64,000 nucleotides of DNA. Origin: Podarcis filfolensis. Taxonomy: Eukaryota. The DNA is taken from assembly GCA_964270895.1 (NCBI GenBank), contig OZ185446.1; one strand, 5' to 3'. Of the stretch, positions 12,171 through 24,100 are shown in pieces. Every line of letters starts with the position of its first letter. The stretch's first letter is position 1. The translations under genes and the position numbers were made by a program. The notes under the pieces were generated by a model. That model made no database searches, was not told where the DNA came from, and saw only the letters and a program-made list of their open reading frames with translations.

Positions 12171-15100
12171 GCTAACTGCACCTTTGATGGCTACCTTTCT
12201 GGAAATGTAACCGAGGGTGTCCTAGTTTCTTATTTCCTATGTGAAATTTATTCAAACCCTGTAAACCATTTGTGGGTTTGGTGTTGATAATAAAGAATGG
12301 CATTACTTCCAATATCAGGCTAAACAAGTCTAAAAAATTACATGTGTGCTTGTTTTGCAGCAAAAAGCCCGAGATAATAGAGCTGCCTTACGGATCAACA
12401 AAGTGCAGATGTCTAATGATTCCATGAAAAGGCAGCAGCAGCAGGATAGCATTGATCCAAGCTCTCGTATCGACACTGAACTCTTTAAGGACCCATTAAA
12501 GCAGAGGGAATCAGAGCATGAGCAAGAGTGGAAATTTAGACAGGTGTGTTGCATTTGGTCTTTGATTCCCCCTTTCGTCTAGTACAGCTGTAGAAAAAAC
12601 TGCCCTTAATTAACATCAGATGCTAGAAAAGGAAATAGTAGTTTATCATATACTTTGTATATGGGCTGTGTACAGCAAGTATAGGTAGCCTCTGAAGTGA
12701 CGTCTACATAATCCTAGCACCTTAACTGAGAATTCTCAATTTAAAGTAACAAAAAGTGGGGCTTAAATTAAACTTCCTCCATTTGCTACCGTTTTGTGAC
12801 TGGATCCATCCCCGTACCTCCTCTATGTAGACGGGTAGGCCTCAGTAAGTTTTAGGCCCCTCAAACTGGCCCTGTGGTTAGAGAGTTTAAGAAGCCCTGC
12901 CATACTGCAGATGCCTGAATAACTCAAAGCCATTTCATAGTTCAGCTTCTCGGTGAGGCACCACATGTGTAGAAGGTACCGTATTTTTTGCTCTATAAGA
13001 CTCACTTTTTCCCTCCTAAAAAGTAAGGGGAAATGTGTGTGCGTCTTATGGAGCGAATGCAGGCTGCGCAGCTATCGCAGAAGCCAGAACAGCAAGAGGG
13101 ATTGCTGCTTTCACTGCACAGCGATCCCTCTTGCTGTTCTGGCTTCTGAGATTCAGAATATTTTTTTTCTTATTTTCCTCCTCCAAAAACTAGGTGCGTC
13201 TTGTGATCTGGTGCATCTTATAGAGCGAAAAATACAGTAATTCTCAGGTCATGAGCATTTGTAGAGGCTACTCGTAACTATTACAAATGAATGAAGGATT
13301 ATTTCCACATGGTGTTTCACAAGAAAGTTAGTAGGTTTTTCCGCACTAGTGAAATAAAATGTCATTTTGATAGTCAGTGCATTTAGCATATGTAGACCAA
13401 TGTATTGTGAGCTGCATGCTATGTTAGCTCATGTGCCAAACCACCATAAGGATAATTTTGTGTGACATAAGAAACTCAGAATAGGACCTTTAAAAATAAA
13501 GTTCAGAAGCCTCTGGTACTTTCACCTTGGATGGAATGTCCAAGAAAGTTATACAGTGTCCCTGTATCTTTTAACAGAGGTTGTCTTCTTCAAATTTAAG
13601 TATATATTCTCAGAGATCTGCACGTTTGATATTAGTCATCTGGAAGCCTGCATAAATAATATACATATTAGAAATAATTGGCCCCATATCCTTAATTTGT
13701 TGGAACTTTTCAAATGACCTTAAAATGTGCTTATGAGTTCTTTACTATTGTTTGATTTCCTGATAGTTATAATTCAACCTGGTTTTTTCCTTTCCTAAAA
13801 CAGCAAATGCGTCAGAAAAGTAAACAGCAAGCTAAAATTGAAGCAACTCAGAAACTTGAGCAAGTGAAAAATGAGCAGCAGCAACAGCAGCAACTGCAAC
13901 AACAACTTGGGTCACAGCAGCTTTTGAACCAGTCAGGTTCAGACACACCTAGTAGTGGGATTCAAAGTCCTTTAACCCCTCAGACTGGCAATGGAAGTAT
14001 GTCTCCTGCACAACAGACGTTATATACAAAACAGGTTCCTGGTACCCCTACTTCTACACCTTCTGATGTTTTCTTAAAGCCACAGGCCCCACCTCCACCT
14101 GCAGCACCAAATAGAATGCCTGTTCAAGATGCACATTGCCAGGCACCATCACAACAGATGTTTCCTCCTTGCTCCTCTACCAGACCACCTTCTCCTGTTG
14201 ACCCTTATGCAAAAATGGTGGGAACTCCTCGGCCACCACCTGTTAACCAAAATCAAAACTTTGTCAGAATAAATTCTGTTACATCAGTAGATATCTGTCC
14301 ACCCCCTTCACCCCTATCCAGGCCAGCTCAGGCATCTGAATCAACAGGGAGCAGGCCATCACCTGTCAGAGATTCATGTTCTTTGTCTCCAGTCAACAGT
14401 GACCCTTATGCAAAAGCTCCAGATACACCCAGGCCTACAATGGGAACGGAACCTTTCTCCAAACCTTTGGGGATATCAAGATCACCTTTAATTGCAGAAC
14501 AACCAGGAAAAGCATCTTTATCAGCGGCAAACAGCGACCCCTTTGCTAAACCACCTCCAAGAACAGATGCGTTTCAAAGGCCCCGGATGTCTCCTGCTGA
14601 CTCATATGCACGCCCACCATTGACTCCCATTCCTGTTGTTGAGGGAAGTCCTGGCCCATTTAAAACTCCAATGCGCCCAACTCAGTCACCACAAGATCCG
14701 TATGCTTCAATGCCACCAACCCCACGGCGCATGTCTGTGGACCCCTATGAACGGCCTGTTTTGACACCAAGGCCAGTAGATAGCTTTTCACACAATCCAT
14801 CTAATGACCCATATAGTCAGCCTCCTCTGACTCCGCATCCAGCAATAAAAGAGACTTTTGCCCACCCACAAAGAGTAGTGCGAAACCAGGGTGATTCTTT
14901 TTCTCAGTCTGGAACTATTTCAAGGGCAGTTGCTCAGGACCCTTATGCCCAGCCTCCGGGTACTCCTCGGCCTGTCTCAGATCCCTACGCCCAGCCTCCG
15001 GGTACCCCTCGGCCTGTCTCAGATCCCTACGCCCAGCCTCCGGGTACCCCTCGGCCTGTCGCAGACCCCTACGCCCAGCCTCCGGGTACCCCTCGGCCTG

Positions 15101-18100
15101 TCGCAGACCCCTACGCCCAGCCTCCGGGTACCCCTCGGCCTGTCGCAGACCCCTACGCCCAGCCTCCAGTTACTCCTCGGCCTGTTGCAGACCCCTACGC
15201 TCAGCCTCCGGGTACTCCTCGGCCAGTCACAGACCCCTATGCCCAGCCTCCGGGTACTCCTCGCCCCACTGCTGTTGACCCATACATGCATCAGCCACTC
15301 ACACCAAGACCTGCACAGACTGGAGACTTATTTGCTCAGGTTTCAGCTAATCAAAGGCATTCTGATCCATATGCCCAACCTCCAGGTACACCAAGGCCGG
15401 TTAGTAGTGATCCATATTCTCAACCACCAGCAACACCAAGGCCTGGAATTCCAGAACCTTACAGTAGACCAGCCCTAATGTCAAATCGTGATCCTTATCT
15501 GCAGGCATCACAGAACAGGACCTTACCTGGGACATTTGTAAGGCCATCAGATCCGTGTTCTCAGCCTCCAAAGCTATTGGGACCTGCTGTGACAGATTCT
15601 TTTAGCCATGCTTCAACAGCACCACCTTGTGATCCTTATGATCAACCTCCAATGACTCCAAGACCTCAGCCAGAAACTTTTGGAACCGCTCAGCTTCCCC
15701 ACGATGTTGCAGATCAGCCAAGATCTGGATCAGAGGGTAACTTGGGCTCATCTGCAAACTCTTCTATGAGCTTGCAGGGAAAACAGTTCCCCCAAGCTTC
15801 TCCTGGCCCAGTACCAACAGCTGGAGCAACAAATACGCAGACCACAATGTCTCAGGCAGATGCAGAAAAAATAAGACAAGTGAGTTTACTGTTCTTGAAT
15901 AACATGCTTGTGAAAACCATGAGATGCCAGAGTTGATAGAACTTATCAATTGTGGCTGTGTTGTATCAGTAAATCATTTCTTTTATTCTATAAGATGCAG
16001 GTATTTTGTATTCTGTGGCAGTAGTCTTATAATCAGTATCAGGCCTTTAACACTGTCTGTATCCTAGTGAAACCACTTCAGGGTTTACTGGTGACTACAA
16101 AGCCCTGAACAACATAGAACCGAGATACCTGAAGGAACACATATTCCTTTATTTTCCTTCCTCTGCTTTAAGAACTTCCAGGGAGGCCCTTCTGCTTGTC
16201 CCATCTCTTGAGGGGTACTCAGTTACACAAAATAGGATCTTCTCAGTGGTGACAACACCCCAATTGTAGAATAATCTCCCCCTTGAGATAATGGCTGGTG
16301 CAGACATTGTTTTGTGTTTTTAGCACCAGCCAAAAAGCTCATCTCTTCCTTCAGGCTTCTGATGCAGAGAGAGGAACTGATTTTGTGGTATTAATACTGG
16401 AAGGAGATATGTGTTACTTATGTGCTTTTTCTATGTTCTTCTAATGTTTTATTTACTGTTTGTTCTGTTTTGATGTTTCATTATGTATATAACCTGTCCT
16501 GGGATCGCTTGCTGATGAAGGGTAGGATAAGAATGAAATAAATAAATGAGCTGAATTGTTTTTGTTCCCTGTCAGCGCCAGAAATTACGTGAGATTATTC
16601 TGCAGCAGCAGCAACAAAAGAAGAATGCCATCCGTCAAGAGAAAATGCCACAAGAGCCGACCACAGCACCTCATGCAGGATCTACTCAACCATGGCAGCA
16701 GCAAGAAAATCTGAACCAGATTTTTAACAGGCCGCCTCCTCCATATCCTGGGAATATTAGGTCAGCCATTGTCCCTCCCAGCGGACTAAGGTTCACAGGT
16801 TTTCCCATCGATGGGCAGTTTAATAGACCCCAATTTCCAGGAGATATGGGTGGAATGGCAATGAGACCTCATGGAATTAGGTATACTTCTTGATTACTTC
16901 TTCACAAAATATGTCATTGTTTAATAAATTTGTGGGTTCTTTATCTATATATTTTAAGTGTTGGTTATATTAAGTGACCCTTTAAAAATGGTCTGGTTTA
17001 AAATTATATCCAAATGTAATGCTACAAACACATTAAAGGCTACACTCACTCACTTTAAATTGAATTCATGACCCTTTTATCAAACCTGCTGAACATTTGT
17101 TTTTCTGTGAAAAACACTGAAGCAGGGGCAAAAATATGTAACCTCTTCAAGTAAGTGATCTTGTTTAGTATCCTTAATTTCAAAATTGTTCTACAAGTAG
17201 GTTTAAATTCTTTAGTGCAAAATATATGACAGAACAAAGGTATGTTCCGGGCAGTAATGAGGCTCTATTGAGACTGTAGGTTTAAGGGCAGACTATAAAT
17301 AATATATTGCAAACTTGTATTTCCTTATCGCAGTAAATGCTTGTTTAGCCCAGATAATACATGGATTAGCCTGAAACTTGATTTTTTTCACTTGCTTTTC
17401 TTGATTATTTCAGTAGTTATGTAAATTGCCTTAATTTAAACCAGTCCACTCTGTTTTGACACCTACTCTGGATTTCATCAAAATATGAAGATAAGCATGT
17501 ATTGCTACTTTAGATGTAATGAACATCTAGTCCAATAATTTGTTTCAGTAACATCCAGTCAGAATGTAAATTGGCTGGCAAAGGTGTCACATCAGTTTAT
17601 TCAAAAGATATAATATCCCACAAAATTGATTTGTTGTGTAAACTTTCTACAATGTGCAATCCAAGTCAACCAAATACTTTTTTCCCCCCAGATTTGGTTT
17701 TTCTGGAGGTGGTCATGGTCCTCCACCATGTCAAGAGCGTTTCCTTGGGCCTCCCCAGCAAATGCAACGTGCTGGAGTTCCACCACAACTCAGAAGATCA
17801 ATTGACATGCCTAGACTCCCTAACAAGCCACAAATGGGCAACCCTATTGGACTCTCACAGCATTTCCCACCGCAAGGTATTCAGGTTCAACAGCACAACA
17901 TCATGGGGCAGGCATTTATTGAGCTCTGTCACAGAGCACCCGAAGGCAGGCCAAGACTTCCTTTTAATTCCTCGTCAGCTGTTACGAACACAGTCCCCCA
18001 GCATCAGCAACATACAGGATTTGTACCTAGACAGGACTGTCAAGGCCCAAGACACCTAGAGCCCACAAGACGTAATTCTCAAAGCCTAAACAATCCATTG

Positions 18101-21100
18101 CATGTGGCAACGGGTTTGGAGCATTTACCGCCAGGTCAGCAAGCTATAGTGAATCCCAACCACCCACCTGTATTAGTCATGTGTTCTTTAGGTCATCCAC
18201 CAGTTAATGATGCTTTTTCAGGAGGTTCTTTGCCAACAACAACACCTACGGAGGCAGCAAGTGACTTACAGATTCCCAACCAACCCACTGATGGATTAGA
18301 AGAAAAGCTTGATCCTGATGACTCCTCTGTAAAAGATTTAGATGTCAAGGACCTTGAGGGTGTTGAGGTTAAGGATTTAGTTGACGAGGACCTTGAAAAT
18401 CTAAATCTAGACCCAGAAGATGGCAAAGGAGATGAACTGGACACATTAGATAATCTTGAAACAAATGATCGCCACCTTGATTACCTTCTAAGATCAGGCG
18501 AATTTGACATAATTGCCTACACTGATCCAGACCACGATTTGGGTGACAAAAAAGGTATGTTTAGTGAGGAGCTAGATCTTAATGTCCCCATAGATGAAAT
18601 ACAAGGCAAAGCAGAAGATACTCAGCAAAAGCATCAGGATGAGAAAGCTACCACTCCTGCAGCATCGTCTCCTCAGAAAAAAACTGCTGAAGTCAGTGAA
18701 ATTAAAACAGAAGTTATGTCTCCAAACACATTAGAAGAAACTAAATCTGAAAGTGAAAAAAGAGATGTAAGTGTGGCATCCTCCGGCGCTCAGTTTATGA
18801 CTGAAACAGAGTTACATGATGGAGAGGCAACATCTGTGATGCCCCATAATGTGGAATTACCTGGCAAAACAAATATGAATGAGGAAATCACTGTGCCCAG
18901 CCCAGATACTGTTCCGGGCCCTGCTCCAACATCAACTCAAGGTTCTTGCAATATCTCTGGATCCACTCCTGTTCTTACAAGTTTGTTAGCTAATGAGAAT
19001 TCAGAAAACACTGATGTCGGGCCTCTGGGCTCTCCGCCTAATCCACAGCCAGCAGCACAAATCAACCCTGTTTCAAGTATGCCACAAACTTTAATGACAT
19101 CTGCTGGTCAAACCATGGAAAATACTGTACCTAATGTGAACATGGTTCCACAAATAAGCCATAACTTCTCACAAGGGACGTCGGTAAATCCAGCCTTTAT
19201 TCCTGGCCAGACAGCTAATAGCTTTGGGGCAGTGCAGCCTGGTAATCAAACTGTGCCTGCTGTAAATCGACCCGGCCCCAGTGGTATGCCTGGGCCACAG
19301 CCGATGATGATTCCGCAAACATTAGCCCAGCAGCAAAATCGAGAGAGGCCTCTTCTGCTAGAAGAACAGCCTCTTCTGCTGCAAGATCTTTTGGATCAAG
19401 AAAGGCAAGAGCAGCAGCAGCAGCGACAGATGCAAGCCATGATTCGCCAGCGTTCAGAGCCATTTTTCCCCAACATTGGTATGTTTTTGTTTTTTCTTTG
19501 ATAATGCTAAGTGCGATAGAAACCTACAACCATATACCGTATTTTTCAGTGTATAACATGCCCCCCCGGTGTATAAGACACCCCCTATTTTGGGTGACTC
19601 AAAATTAAGAAAATACACTCGGCACTATCTGTGTATAAGACAACCCAAATTTTAAACATTATTTTAACATAGAAAACCCTAGTCTTACACATGGTAAAGT
19701 ACGGTATTAATACTCGGAATGTCCACCATTTGATAAAATTTATTATCTCTATTGTGTTTTCTAATTTGTTTAATCTGTATGTAGAAAAAAAGAAAATTGG
19801 AATTGGTCTGAGAGGTTTTCTGTTCCTGCAGGGAAAGTGTGTATTTGGAATGCAATAGACATACCGGTAGCTTGCTGAGCAGCTGAAAACATGGATTATA
19901 GAAGCCAAAATATTTATCTGGTGCCTAGCCTGAAACAATGCTGTCAACTTCATTTGAATTTTGGGGGTGGGGGGCTGCCAGTCCATTTTTACTGGCCCTC
20001 CTAGTTTAGGAAGGAGGAATATGAGTGGGAATTTGAGTGAGAAGTAAAGGTGAAGGGAATAATTTGGGACAAGGTGCAGCATATTAGGTGTCTTCCACCA
20101 GGGGAAGAGCAAATATGCTTCTTCATTCTGCCAAACTCTGTTCATGTTCTGTATTTGCATATGCATTCAAGTGTGTGTGTGTGTGCGTGTGTGTGTGTGT
20201 TTCTGTTCAATTGGATTGGGCAAGCAGGTGCAGATCAGTTACTCTGCCACTCCTTATAACCACATTCCCCACTGGTATATTCTGTTTCCAAACTCCAGTT
20301 AATATGTTAATATTCTTGTTGTCATTGTATATTCTTTGTTTTGGATTCAGAGCATGGTATAATATGCTCTGCAGGTATGAGTATGGCAAAAACCTACCTT
20401 TGCTATTCGCATAAGGCCAAGAATGTCATGTTAGCAAGTCAGTTAGGGAGAGATCACTGCTCCAGCTCTCACTTCAATTTATTGAAATTTGTATAAATTG
20501 TGAGCTTACTCAGTTGAAGCAAGCTAGTCAGAGGAAATCCTTGAGGAAAGACTCTGTCATGAAGGCGACAGGTAGAGTAAAAACCTCAAAGCAAATACAT
20601 GGGTGGGTGAAAGCAATCTACACAGTCCATTACCAGACATCCCTCCCTCTCTTTCTCCAGCAATATGGTTACTTCTCTTGCAAACAAGGTATTATGCTGC
20701 TGGCACTTGCTCAGGGCTAGTATAAAGAGGGAAAATGGCACCTAAGAGAACTGCTTCTGTCTAAAACATTCCCTATGATGCCTATCAGCATTCTAGCATC
20801 AATCTATTAGAGTCACCCTGTCTTAATGTAGTTTGAACCAATTATTAAGTGTGAATTTCTAAAAGACCTATAGTAACCACAGTAAATTATCTTTAAAAAT
20901 AATTAAAACATCAGTGGACCAGTTTTTCTGTCAAATTATGAAACTTTTAAAAATGGGCCTCAACAGGTTAGCAGTGGTGAACAAATGATGTCCTTATCCA
21001 CACTGGCTATTTTATATAATAAATACTTATTCTTCTTAAATTTTGGTTTCATAGATTTTGATGCAATCACTGACCCTATAATGAAAGCGAAAATGGTGGC

Positions 21101-24100
21101 TCTGAAAGGGATCAATAAAGTAATGGCACAGAACAATATGGGCATGCCACAAATGGTCATGAACAGGTAGGCAAAGATTGTGAATATTTTAGCTTCTCAT
21201 AGATATCAGCATGAGTTTCTGCTCACTGAAATTTCAGTTTATTCTGATAGCTGTTACTTTCCTTGGGAGGTTAGCAAAGTAAATGTTAGCGTTAATTTTA
21301 CCATTAATCATTAATTTCCTATTTTGTGATTCATGTCATACCCACAAACAGCTGTATTCCTCTGCACATAGCAATAACTCTGTGGTATGCAGAAAAGGGC
21401 AGGAGCTAGGAATGTGAAGCAGCAGACTGTGCAAGCCCAGGAGCACACTGTTTCCCTTCTGAGAATAGTTTATATCACAATCTCATATTATTAACACTTC
21501 ATTAATTTTAGATGTAAAACAAATCCAAAATGTGATTTTATTTACCCATTACTAGATTTGCCTTTATGGGTCAAGCAGTGCCAGGAGTACCAAGTGGTGA
21601 AAGCCAGAATCTTGTTCAGCAAGCAATCACACAGGTAACGTGTCCTGAAATTTGAAGTAAAGCAGATTTTCGTAAGTGGAATTGTGGTCTAAAAGCTGAT
21701 GTGCTATAATGGATAGAGTATTCAGACAAACCTGCATCCACAGCCACTAATGTTTTCATGAGTTGAGTAAGTCTCTGGATTGAAATCCTACACATTTGAA
21801 TTGTTGTCCTTACCTGAGATGAGCAGGTGAGTTGCAATGTTACACCTTATTGCAATGATCGTCTCTTTGTCAGAGGAGCTCATCATCCCACAAGGGAAGC
21901 AGGATGTTTTCTGGACTGGGTCCATAACTATGCCACAACCTATAACCCAAACCCAGTAGCAGCAGCCTCTTGACCACGTGTTGAATGTAGCCTGAGTGCA
22001 GAAATCTGTTTCTTGTGCACAGATTCCCATTCCTCACAGCTTCAGAGCAACTGTAAAACAGAATTTTGTTTAACACACTCTGTTTCCCCTCCCCCCCTTT
22101 CAAGGATGGAAACCTAACACCGCAGATGTCTAGACCCAACCCTCCAAATTTTGGTCCTGGTTTTGTAAGTAAGTATATAACTGATATTAGACTTTGAAGC
22201 CAACTCCATGGGCACATATTATATTTCACAATACATACAGCTTATTTACAAGCCTATTCAAAGACAATAATTGAATTATGACACAACTAACTGAAATATT
22301 CTGAGCCAATGCATAATAAGCTTTTGAAATGTGACAACCTACCAAACTTATAAAATGTGGAAAAACCAGTTGCAGAAACATCTCAGAATAATTAGCATTG
22401 CTTAGATGATAATAATATTTGGGTAATAATGACTAACCTGACATTCATTTTCATATGTATTTTATATTAACCTATTTTTTAAAAGGGGGAAAAAGGTTTT
22501 ATAGCCCCATTGGCAGTTTCAAAGGGGTAGCACTTGATTCCTTGGTTAGGGTAAGAAAAGATTGGCCTTAAATTCTGCCTTGAAAGATGTTAATGCATAC
22601 TTGCATGCTCCAGATTTTGTTGATGCTTTACATCCTCTTTTCTTATTTTATTCAAAATAATTTATTTCTTCTCTGTTACAAAAAGAGAAAGGTGTTAATA
22701 CTTGGTGTAGGGGGCTGATATGAAAGAAAATCCCTTCTTTTTGAAATCAGTTTGAAAACGAGATTTGTGAAAGTTTGCAAAACCCATGGTAAGAAAATTG
22801 ATTTGTTGTGTTTTATCCTTAGATGATTCACACAGAAAGCAATATGAAGAATGGCTACAAGAAACACAGCAGCTTCTTCAGATGCAACAGAAATTCCTTG
22901 AAGAACAAATTGGAGCACACAGAAAATCAAAAAAGGCACTATCTGCAAAACAGCGCACTGCAAAGAAAGCTGGTCGAGAATTCCCAGAGGAAGATGCGGA
23001 GCAGCTCAAGCATGTTACTGAGCAGCAGAGTATGGTTCAAAAACAACTTGAACAGGTGAGAGTTTATCAATAACTAAATTGCAAGTGTTCCAATAGCAAC
23101 AATTTTAAAACTGGCAGAAGAGGTGGTAGCAATTTTTTATAAAGAAACAAAAGTATAAGATTCAGAGCCACATAAGTATTTTTAGATTTTCACATACTCC
23201 TGAATTATTGTCCCCTGTCAAAGCTATCATTTTTGAACAGGTTAGAGCAGGTTGTGGTATTCCCAAAAGTTAAACCTGGTCTAGTCTAACCTTTGACTTG
23301 ATTTTTGGACAAAAATGGTCTTGGCTGTCCAGGCGCCTGGCCTGTGCCACAGAGCAGACAGAACAAATGCAACCATGTTGTTTCTCCTGGACCTCTCAGC
23401 TACATTTGACACCATCATCTATAGTACTCTTCTGGTAGGCTCTCTGGAATGAACTTGAAGATATGGTGGATTGGGCCTTTTCTGGAGAGGTGGATCCAGC
23501 AGGTGCTGCTGAAAGACTTCTGTTTCCCTGTGCTTTTAACATTCACATGGAGTCAGTGAGAGATGTTATCCAGAGGTTTGGGATGAGTGTAAATAGGTAA
23601 ATATGAATACATGGGTATAGAGAAAAGCATAGCATACAGCTTTACCTTGCTTTCCCATTTACTACCAGGGAGGTGGTAGAAATCCTGAACAGGTGTCTGC
23701 GGGCAGTTCTGGAATGGCAAACAAGCTGAAACATAATCCAGCTAAGATGGTACATTGATCCGGATGGTGGTTTTTAACTGGCTATGGATGGAGTTTCACT
23801 CTTTCTGAAGAGTCAGGTCTGCAGTTCAGGGGTTTTCTTGAACCCACTTTAGGTGTTCATAATGGGGCTTAAATAACCACACACAGTAGGGAGAGCATGA
23901 ATAAACACAATAACTCTGTCCCCCATCTCCATTGCCCTCCATATGTTCAAGGGTAACTATCTTTAGCAGTGAAGCCTCCTTTACTTGTGGAGACCCCTAC
24001 TCATTTTGGGACCCTGATTTTCTAGTTGCCCATGAGCTGGGGGGCAGGGGGAGTGGAGCTACATCAATGTAATATAGTATAATGCATACCAAATTAACAG

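Noticed and set aside
14891-15478. 195-aa alternative-frame ORF and antisense ORF 15019..15291 over the repeat
   Set aside because: By-products of the 42-nt stop-free coding repeat; no independent start context
16505-16545. CTGATGA followed by GAAA, hammerhead-like
   Set aside because: No pairable stem II or stem I; it is part of a LINE 3' tail
18470-18570. Apparent substitutions in the acidic conserved block (HLDYLL, PDHDL) relative to the recalled mammalian sequence
   Set aside because: The comparison is from memory only and could reflect lineage drift or base-call error; the LxxLL pattern is retained
19585-20166. 193-aa minus-strand ORF
   Set aside because: Intronic, antisense, runs into a MITE, low-complexity hydrophobic composition, no domain
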